From Shigella phage ESh25, in sequence record ON528735: DNA of 64,000 bases. One strand, given 5' to 3'. The notes under the pieces are model-generated. The model was not told the DNA's origin. It searched no databases and saw nothing but the letters and a program-made list of their open reading frames with translations. Positions 57,838 to 64,000 of this stretch are shown here, piece after piece. The first letter of the stretch is position 1. Every line of letters starts with the position of its first letter. Made by a program: the position numbers and the translations under genes.

Positions 57838-58232
57838 CGTGATTCCTTAACAAATTTCATAATTTCGTTAAATTCATGCATATCTAATTTAAGCTGGTGT
57901 TCCTTTTTAATCTTTTTACACTGAGCTTTCCATTCACGTACACGTTTACGATAATGCCTTCCTTGATACCAATATCCTACCCAATTTACAGGTACCAATA
58001 AAAATGGAACTACTAATGGAAGAATTAATACTAACAAAAATATTACGCCAGATTCAATATCAGTCATAAAGTCTATAACCATTCCAACAACCAATAGAAT
58101 TACAAATGATATAGCTGTCACAGGACCTATTAATACATCAGTAGGAATTAGCTGACGCTTTAGTTCATACTTCACAGGTTTACTTGGAAGGTATAGTGAT
58201 GGCTTTGACATATTCTCTACATTCCTTAACAA
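57819..58232 (-). CDS. membrane protein
   Basis: 137 aa with TM helices. Confidence 0.5.
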   Translation of the reverse strand: MLRNVENMSKPSLYLPSKPVKYELKRQLIPTDVLIGPVTAISFVILLVVGMVIDFMTDIESGVIFLLVLILPLVVPFLLVPVNWVGYWYQGRHYRKRVREWKAQCKKIKKEHQLKLDMHEFNEIMKFVKESRCKSQN

Positions 58233-58785
58233 ATTTTTCTAATAATAAATCGCTTTCAAAATTAGGATTTTCCACGAATTTATCAAAAAGATCATCAACG
58301 ATAGTTAAGATATTCTTTTTATTAAGAATACGCTTATTTTCATATTTTGTTTCAGAGTCAACTATAAGAGTAAAGAAATATTTCTTTCCCTGAAATTTTA
58401 CCGTAGTATCAATATAGAACAAATTTGACTTTTGTAAATTACGTTTAAACCATGCGTCACTTAAACTGTAAACGCCAAGATAATCATAATCGTCGTTTAA
58501 ATAACATACTGTCCATTCAGGAGAAATGAAATCAGTAAATTCAACATCAAAATCACATGTTAATGAATGAATTGATTCAATACTGTTAATAAGTATTCCA
58601 GGACGTATTAAAGACTTTTTACCTTTATAAAATCCAGAAAGACTTTCATCAGTTTCATATGAAGAACCCCAATAATAATTACGTCCTTCTGCCATACGTT
58701 TAAGAGCATTTAATAATTGGTCTGGAACATCAACTTGTCTTTGGAATTCTTCAAACATTGAATTGAAATCACTTTGCATTTTCAT
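58180..58785 (-). CDS. hypothetical protein
   Basis: 201 aa ORF. Confidence 0.5.
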   Translation of the reverse strand: MKMQSDFNSMFEEFQRQVDVPDQLLNALKRMAEGRNYYWGSSYETDESLSGFYKGKKSLIRPGILINSIESIHSLTCDFDVEFTDFISPEWTVCYLNDDYDYLGVYSLSDAWFKRNLQKSNLFYIDTTVKFQGKKYFFTLIVDSETKYENKRILNKKNILTIVDDLFDKFVENPNFESDLLLEKFVKECREYVKAITIPSK

Positions 58786-58806
58786 TCCTATTTACTCCAA
58801 GTAATA

Positions 58807-58820
58807 GGGGCCGAAGCCCC
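58807..58820 (-). terminator. intrinsic terminator hairpin
   Basis: ggggccgaagcccc. Confidence 0.5.
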
Positions 58821-58827
58821 TTTATCA

Positions 58828-59421
58828 TTATTTCAGAGAATTAATGTATTCCTGAACATCAGCAGAGGTAGTTTCAACCCCAGAAATATTGCCATTAAAG
58901 GTTTCAACTCGGGCAAGAGTATCTTCAATATCAACCTTAGTCAGCGCTGCAATTTCAACTACATCATCAGCAGTACTAATTCCGAGGGCATTAGCGGCGC
59001 GAGTTTCACGGATATATTCCAATTTAACTGCAAGTTCTTGGCGAGCATCATCTAACTCAACTACTTTCTTGGCGATTTCAATTCGCATTTCAGCATAACC
59101 ATCAGCTTTAGTAGTCAACTGCTCAGCTGTTCGACGATATAGTAAACCGAGTTTAGCATGCATTGTTACATCTTGACCTTCCGAAAGAAGCTTGCGAATT
59201 TCACGCTCTTTTGATTCGGCCTGCTTATTCTTTTCGACAATAAGTTCACGAATACGCTTTTCTTCATTAATAGATTTAACAGAAGCAGTTTTTAGATCTT
59301 TAATCTTATCAAGTAGTTTTGCTGCTGCAGCAGTATACTGTTCTTCAACAGATAGATTTTTAGCCATAGCAGAACCAAGTTTAGTGCGAATAAACTCAAC
59401 AATTTTCTTCAGTGTGTTCAT
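58828..59421 (-). CDS. coiled-coil protein
   Basis: 197 aa; long heptad-rich helices. Confidence 0.45.
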
Positions 59422-59477
59422 AGTATTTCCTTAGGTTGGTATAATTAGATAATATCACGTTTTAATAGATTGTAAAC

Positions 59478-59813
59478 TTATTCTTCGTCTAGCTCATCGA
59501 TAAAGACGTTGATGGCCTCGATAACGGCATCATTGATAGCCAATAAAATAAAATCATCGTCAGTACCTTTAGAAGATTCTAAAGCATTGATATATGCTTG
59601 GTTGGCGAGTTCCCAAGCCTTTTTAAAATAAGGAGCTTCATCATCGGGGCCAACGAAACGTACGCCTTCAAAGATACGTTTGGCATAATCTAACACCCAT
59701 TGTACAGGCATGTTTTGAGAACGTTCGTTAAACTCTTTAAAGTCCTTAGATTCAAAAAGCTCTTCAGGATAATTATTTCTATTACAAAAAGCTTTACTAA
59801 AGTTACGTTTCAT
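59478..59813 (-). CDS. hypothetical protein
   Basis: 111 aa ORF. Confidence 0.45.
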   Translation of the reverse strand: MKRNFSKAFCNRNNYPEELFESKDFKEFNERSQNMPVQWVLDYAKRIFEGVRFVGPDDEAPYFKKAWELANQAYINALESSKGTDDDFILLAINDAVIEAINVFIDELDEE

Positions 59814-59869
59814 AATGTTTTCCTCATTTGTATAGGCTCATAATATCTCAATCATGAGCCTATGTAAAC

Positions 59870-60133
59870 TTATTTCATATTATTGAAATATTCTTCTGCG
59901 ATTTCGTCGTTATCATGGTAAACTTTAGAAGACAGTTTAACATAACTTTCAGCAGTGAACATGTTAATCACAACCTTTACAGTATACCACTGACCGTCTT
60001 CATTGCCCATTACCGCATAAGTTTCAAACATCGGATGATCAGGACCGATAACTTTAATATCATTCACTGTACGACCGAAATCTTCTGAAACACATTTCAT
60101 AAAGAAGTTGAACAGTTCGCCGTAATTATCCAT
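59870..60133 (-). CDS. hypothetical protein
   Basis: Track TTG start trimmed to ATG (MDNYGELF...). Confidence 0.45.
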   Translation of the reverse strand: MDNYGELFNFFMKCVSEDFGRTVNDIKVIGPDHPMFETYAVMGNEDGQWYTVKVVINMFTAESYVKLSSKVYHDNDEIAEEYFNNMK

Positions 60134-60145
60134 TTCGTTCTCCAA

Positions 60146-60230
60146 GTTGTTTTCTGTATCAGTAGTTGATAGTTGTATAGTACCATGGAAGAACAGGGAT
60201 GTAAACAGTTTTGTGAAAAAATTTTTAAAA
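60146..60230 (-). repeat. promoter-leader cassette copy C
   Basis: See 17034..17110. Confidence 0.6.
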
Positions 60231-60343
60231 AGTTTTAGGGAATTCTAGGGTCAGGAGGGGCAATTAAAAGATAGGATAATATATTATAAAGGGTAGAAAC
60301 TAAATGATGCCTAGAGAGGCCCGGAAAGGCCTAGATACCAAAA

Positions 60344-60367
60344 AGCCCCAACCTTTTGGTCGGGGCT
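60344..60367 (-). terminator. intrinsic terminator hairpin (8 bp stem)
   Basis: agccccaaccttttggtcggggct. Confidence 0.55.
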
Positions 60368-60374
60368 AAGAATG

Positions 60375-60848
60375 TTATTTGATTTGTTTAGCAGACCAAA
60401 TGTGGTCTTTAATAATTTTTTGGATGTCTTCAACATACTCTAGGTCATGAGCATGTGGGTTATCTTTGAAACTATAAGCACGAGCTAGCTTTTGGCCTTC
60501 AGTTTTGATTACTAAAAGCTCTTTAAGGATAGCTTCATATTTAGAGATAATTCCTTTAACAATATTTTTTTCTTGTGTAGTTTTAGGGTCTGCTTTAGGA
60601 GCAGGTTTACCCGAAGCCTTTGCAAAAGCAGCGCCAGTAGCAACCAAACTTTTCCAGGCCATACTAACTGCATTCCCTGTAAATCCTTCGGCTTTCATAT
60701 CACGAGCAAATTGGAATCGTGATTCATCGGAAGCATCTTTATAGGAATATTTACCCGCGGCAATGGCTGCTTTTGCGACAGCTTGAATTTCGGTGCTAGA
60801 TGCTTCATTTAACACCGCTTCATTTAAAAATTGAGCATATGATTTCAT
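60375..60848 (-). CDS. protein with capsid-targeting-like N-terminus (candidate internal protein)
   Basis: 157 aa; N-terminus MKSYAQFLNE resembles the T4 internal-protein targeting sequence MKTYQEFIAE; Ala/Lys-rich. Confidence 0.5.
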   Translation of the reverse strand: MKSYAQFLNEAVLNEASSTEIQAVAKAAIAAGKYSYKDASDESRFQFARDMKAEGFTGNAVSMAWKSLVATGAAFAKASGKPAPKADPKTTQEKNIVKGIISKYEAILKELLVIKTEGQKLARAYSFKDNPHAHDLEYVEDIQKIIKDHIWSAKQIK

Positions 60849-60898
60849 CTTATTTCCTGTTTTAATTCGTGGTTTTAATATACTTATTTATACCAAAA

Positions 60899-60922
60899 AG
60901 CCCCAACCTTTCGGTCGGGGCT
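60899..60922 (-). terminator. intrinsic terminator hairpin at end of tRNA operon
   Basis: agccccaacctttcggtcggggct, near-duplicate of hairpin at 60344. Confidence 0.55.
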
Positions 60923-60969
60923 AAGCCTTGCGGCAACCTTGTCGGGGTTCCACCTGCTAAGGCAAGTGT

Positions 60970-61066
60970 TTGTACGAAACGCCGGGATTCGAACCCGGTT
61001 ATTAAGCAGTTGACGCTACTTAATATTTTTAAAAGGCCATATCTCGACCATATCCGAACGTTCCGT
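60970..61066 (-). ncRNA. tRNA-like stable RNA (acceptor stem + T-arm, enlarged interior, no encoded CCA)
   Basis: ACGGAAC...GTTTCGT acceptor pairing and CCGGG-TTCGAAT-CCCGG T-arm; reminiscent of T4 small stable RNAs. Confidence 0.35.
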
Positions 61067-61238
61067 CAAAAACGCTACTCGGCTTACGGCAAAGATATTT
61101 CCTCGAATCGATAATTCGGTGCGCCGTTTCTGCTGTGATATAAGGGGACATTAACAAAACATAAAGATTTATTAATGCCAGTCCTTAAACAGGGAACATC
61201 AGTCCGACGACTTACCGGTAGCGACCCGGCTTCTTGTT

Positions 61239-61314
61239 TGGTCGAGGCAGTAGGAATCGAACCTACGACCTAGGACTTAGAAGGTCCTTGCTCTTCCTTC
61301 TGAGCTATGCCTCG
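61239..61314 (-). tRNA. tRNA-Arg (anticodon UCU)
   Basis: Manual fold: 7 bp acceptor, D and T arms, loop CTTCTAA, encoded CCA. Confidence 0.75.
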
Positions 61315-61318
61315 GATT

Positions 61319-61393
61319 TGGCGGACGTGATAGGATTCGAACCTATAACCAATCGCTTAACAGGCGATCGCTCTGCCATTGAGCTACACATCC
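61319..61393 (-). tRNA. tRNA-Asn (anticodon GUU)
   Basis: Manual fold: loop CTGTTAA, GGTTCGAAT T-loop, encoded CCA. Confidence 0.7.
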
Positions 61394-61397
61394 AAAT

Positions 61398-61484
61398 TGG
61401 TGGGGAGTGGTGGAGTCGAACCACCCGAGTCGCAATGACAATGGATTTACAGTCCACACCGCTACCTCTACGGGATAACTCCCC
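61398..61484 (-). tRNA. type II tRNA-like, possibly tRNA-Tyr (GUA)
   Basis: 87 nt; acceptor GGGGAGT/ACTCCCC, T-arm GGTGG-TTCGACT-CCACC, long variable arm, candidate loop CTGTAAA; D-arm irregular. Confidence 0.45.
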
Positions 61485-61493
61485 AAATTAATT

Positions 61494-61568
61494 TGGTGGC
61501 CCTGGGTGGAATTGAACCACCATCTGGCGATTATGAGTCGCTTGCTTGAACCTTCCAGCTACAGGGCC
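61494..61568 (-). tRNA. tRNA-Ile/Met type (anticodon CAU)
   Basis: Manual fold: loop CTCATAA, encoded CCA. Confidence 0.75.
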
Positions 61569-61569
61569 T

Positions 61570-61645
61570 TGGTGCTGATTGACGGAATCGAACCGCCGAC
61601 CTTCTCATTACAAGTGAGTTGCTCTACCTACTGAGCTAAATCAGC
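61570..61645 (-). tRNA. tRNA-Thr (anticodon UGU)
   Basis: Manual fold: loop CTTGTAA, encoded CCA. Confidence 0.75.
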
Positions 61646-61650
61646 AAAAC

Positions 61651-61740
61651 TGGCGGAGGCGATAGGATTTGAACCTATGAGTCGCCGGAGCGACTGCCGG
61701 TTTTCAAGACCGGTGCATTAAACCACTCTGCCACGCCTCC
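61651..61740 (-). tRNA. tRNA-Ser (anticodon UGA), type II
   Basis: Manual fold: long variable arm, loop CTTGAAA, encoded CCA. Confidence 0.75.
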
Positions 61741-61743
61741 AAA

Positions 61744-61751
61744 TATTTATA
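61744..61751 (-). promoter_or_regulatory. possible late promoter TATAAATA at segB 3' end
   Basis: Exact 8-mer on minus strand overlapping last segB codons, a few nt 5' of tRNA-Ser; could be chance in AT-rich DNA. Confidence 0.3.
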
Positions 61752-62355
61752 TATTGTTAATTTGATTTAGAATTCTTTTTGCTTGAGTATGACTTACGCC
61801 AATATGCTTAGCATATTTAGATAATTCACCCCGCTTAGAAAAATCATATAATTTAGAAATTTCTATTCTTCTTTTTCTTTCATCCGCAGAAACTTTTGCT
61901 TCGTTTGCTTTTGCTATTTTACGTTTAGCTTCTTGAGAATGAGTTTTACCAGCAAAGCCATTTTTCATTAATCCATTTGAAGACCATCCTTTTAATTTTC
62001 CGTTAGAATGTGCCTTTTTAACACCCAATGAAATTAATTCGCGTTGCTGATCTGTCATAGGATAATTATTTATATGATCCCATCCACCTTCACCTCCAAG
62101 TTTTAAATTATACACATCTGGTCTATTTAAAAACTCTTCTGTGACAATATTTTTCTCGGCTTCAAGCATAGATTCTTTATCATCAAAATACTCTAATATT
62201 TCTTTAGAAAAATTTTCTATGCCATATTTATCTTGGGCTCTTTTTAATAATTTACCAGAACCCATATATCCATCATCTAAATTTTCGGTAGAATGCACAC
62301 CAATATAAATTTTATTATTAATTTTATTTGTTATTTTATAAAGATAAAAATGCAT
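61747..62355 (-). CDS. segB: GIY-YIG homing endonuclease SegB
   Basis: FYLYKITNK...IYIGV motif; embedded in the tRNA cluster as in T4; track ORF starts at ATG 62397 (216 aa), I prefer ATG 62355 next to the motif. Confidence 0.8.
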   Translation of the reverse strand: MHFYLYKITNKINNKIYIGVHSTENLDDGYMGSGKLLKRAQDKYGIENFSKEILEYFDDKESMLEAEKNIVTEEFLNRPDVYNLKLGGEGGWDHINNYPMTDQQRELISLGVKKAHSNGKLKGWSSNGLMKNGFAGKTHSQEAKRKIAKANEAKVSADERKRRIEISKLYDFSKRGELSKYAKHIGVSHTQAKRILNQINNI

Positions 62356-62401
62356 ATCAGTCCCTAATAAAGAACTGAGCGTCTCACGACGAGTCATAAA
62401 T

Positions 62402-62475
<74 letters not shown>

Positions 62476-62480
62476 AAATT

Positions 62481-62567
62481 TGGTGCGAGAAGTGGGACTC
62501 GAACCCACAAGGAAATCATTCCGCAGCATTTTAAGTGCTGTGCCTTTACCAATTTGACCATTCTCGC
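62481..62567 (-). tRNA. tRNA-Leu (anticodon UAA), type II
   Basis: Manual fold: long variable arm, loop CTTAAAA, encoded CCA. Confidence 0.75.
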
Positions 62568-62568
62568 G

Positions 62569-62641
62569 CTGGGAATAAAGGACTCGAACCTTTGCATCTA
62601 GCAGTCAAAGTGCTATGCCTTACCAACTTGGCTAATTCCCA
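62569..62641 (-). tRNA. tRNA-Gln (anticodon UUG), no encoded CCA
   Basis: Manual fold: loop CTTTGAC; abuts tRNA-Leu (dimeric precursor arrangement). Confidence 0.7.
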
Positions 62642-62738
62642 ATTATTAACAAAGGCTCTCAAACAAGAACCCTTGATGATAGAGGGTATTAATCAGTGCG
62701 GTATGAGTTAATAATAACAAATAGTTCTTAAAGCATAT

Positions 62739-63026
62739 TTAACATTTATGATAATACATATTTACGATGCATTCAAGACCCAAAGGATTCTTGAAAATAT
62801 CATATTCAAGAAGACCTTTTTCTGTTTCAATAAAGAAATCAAAATTTACTGTATTAAATTTACGGTCTTCCTTCACTAATTTAACTTGAGAAGATGAACG
62901 GTCAATGTAAACTTTTTCAACTTCAAAACATGTTAAAATGCCATAATCATCAATCAAGGCTTTAGCTGCTTCTTGATCATATTTATATCCATTTTCAATG
63001 GATGATACTTTTGCATAAAAAATCAT
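62739..63026 (-). CDS. hypothetical protein
   Basis: 95 aa ORF. Confidence 0.45.
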   Translation of the reverse strand: MIFYAKVSSIENGYKYDQEAAKALIDDYGILTCFEVEKVYIDRSSSQVKLVKEDRKFNTVNFDFFIETEKGLLEYDIFKNPLGLECIVNMYYHKC

Positions 63027-63028
63027 TA

Positions 63029-63418
63029 TCAGCCTTCATCAACAATAGTATGAGTGTGGGCATTTACAATTTGCCACCAATCAAAGCGATTAGAACCATA
63101 CATTGGTTTGTTCTCATTTTCTTTGATAATGTCACGGAGTTCATCTTCGGTAGCGGCTTTCGCGATTAAATCAGCATATCCACCGCGAGGATAATAATTA
63201 TCACCTGCAAAAAGTAAAAAGTTTGGTTTAATGTTATTGAACTCTTCAAGAGTAATAACTGTTCCACCAGGTTGAACAATATCTACATAACTATATCCTA
63301 ATTTTTGAGCAGCATCTACTGCTTCAAGCAAGGTATCATGAGCCCATCCAATTTGGCAATCTGGCTTTTCAGATGGATTAGCCTGATAATCTGCATATAC
63401 TTTATACATTTTACTCAC
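63029..63418 (-). CDS. hypothetical protein
   Basis: 129 aa ORF. Confidence 0.5.
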   Translation of the reverse strand: MSKMYKVYADYQANPSEKPDCQIGWAHDTLLEAVDAAQKLGYSYVDIVQPGGTVITLEEFNNIKPNFLLFAGDNYYPRGGYADLIAKAATEDELRDIIKENENKPMYGSNRFDWWQIVNAHTHTIVDEG

Positions 63419-63596
63419 CTTTAGAAATTTTATCCATAACGATAGCGATTAAACCAATTAAAAATGCTACTACAAGCGAAAACACATTTTCTGCTGTAGT
63501 TAATAATCCGCATATAAATCCAACAAACATTGAAAAACTAAAAGCAGAAGCAGAAATTGCAATAGCAACATTTCGAATTAATTCACAGCGTTTCAT
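63411..63596 (-). CDS. small membrane protein
   Basis: Track ORF trimmed to MKRCELIRNV...; two hydrophobic helices. Confidence 0.45.
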   Translation of the reverse strand: MKRCELIRNVAIAISASAFSFSMFVGFICGLLTTAENVFSLVVAFLIGLIAIVMDKISKGE

Positions 63597-63660
63597 TTTA
63601 TTCTCCTCAGTAGTTGATAGGGTAATAGTATCACTACTAAAACCCCGTGTAAACAACTTT
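63597..63660 (-). repeat. promoter-leader cassette (second type)
   Basis: GTTTACA-17nt-TACTAT...tatcaactactGAGGAGAAtaaaATG; partner of the cassette in 63925..64000 and related to 43940..44010. Confidence 0.5.
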
Positions 63661-63666
63661 GTGAAA

Positions 63667-63924
63667 TTATTTTAAATCTTCTAATCGTTTCTTCATCTTA
63701 GAACCATTTTTAGCGATTTCTCCTGCGTCAGAGCATAATGCTAAAAGTGCTTTAACTTTAGTTTGGTCTCCTTTAAAAGACGAAGGATCGACTGCAGCAG
63801 CAAGTTCTTTAATACGAGAGAAAAGACGCTCAGCTTCAGCTAAAGCCATTCCAAGCTTTACTTCCATACCATGAGAAGATTCAGTGATAATAGTTTCTGT
63901 AGCAAACTCTTTATAAGTTTTCAT
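63667..63924 (-). CDS. candidate internal protein with capsid-targeting-like N-terminus (IPI-locus position)
   Basis: 85 aa; N-terminus MKTYKEFATE resembles MKTYQEFIAE; sits just past the tRNA cluster where T4 has ipI. Confidence 0.5.
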   Translation of the reverse strand: MKTYKEFATETIITESSHGMEVKLGMALAEAERLFSRIKELAAAVDPSSFKGDQTKVKALLALCSDAGEIAKNGSKMKKRLEDLK

Positions 63925-64000
63925 TTTTATTTTCCTAATTAATTTTGATGAGGTAATAGTATCACTACCTCATCAGTGTGTAAACAACTTTGTGAAATTA
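63925..64000 (-). promoter_or_regulatory. early promoter plus leader for the IP-like gene
   Basis: GTTTACA...TACTAT hexamers and SD before ATG 63924. Confidence 0.5.

Noticed and set aside
58828-59421. PspA/IM30-like assignment for the 197 aa coiled-coil protein
   Set aside because: Only general coiled-coil character is visible; no diagnostic motif, so kept as a generic coiled-coil protein.
61234-61491. Plus-strand 85 aa ORF across the Arg/Asn/Tyr-like tRNA genes (and 60869..61114 across the tRNA-like element)
   Set aside because: Same reason: the region is a tRNA array and the ORF starts at TTG with no SD.

Overview
This window is a contiguous ~64 kb segment of a T4-like (T-even) myovirus genome, covering the early replication and nucleotide-metabolism arm from dexA to the tRNA cluster and the internal-protein locus. 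Almost every gene is on the minus strand, tightly packed with many ATGA/TAATG stop-start overlaps, short sigma70-type early promoters (-35 GTTTAC) and tetraloop hairpin terminators. Genes I recognise from their protein sequences, in T4 order: dexA, dda, modA, modB, soc, 56, 61, sp, dmd, 41, 40, uvsX, 42, imm, 43, regA, 62, 44, 45, rpbA, 46, 47, alpha-gt, 55, nrdG, nrdD, 49, nrdC, rI, tk, regB, denV, e, nudE and segB, plus nine tRNAs. All comparisons to T4 are from memory, not a database search. No CRISPR array, IS element or rRNA is present. The phage is not T4 itself. The beta-gt locus holds a different glycosyltransferase, the dam locus between 56 and 61 holds a short plus-strand membrane ORF, nrdD has no intron, there are no internal-protein genes between denV and e, and the tRNA set differs. 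The most interesting material is in the accessory regions: an AAA+ ATPase / nucleotidyltransferase / membrane-protein module and a tandem family of four coiled-coil proteins in the nrdC-rI hyperplastic region, repeated promoter-leader cassettes, two extra homing endonucleases (one carrying a duplicate of the nrdG start), two proteins with capsid-targeting-like N-termini, and a macro-domain protein. The ORF track allows TTG/GTG starts and takes the most upstream one, so several N-termini are over-extended; I corrected those I could verify and marked manually derived coordinates as approximate (within a few nt).
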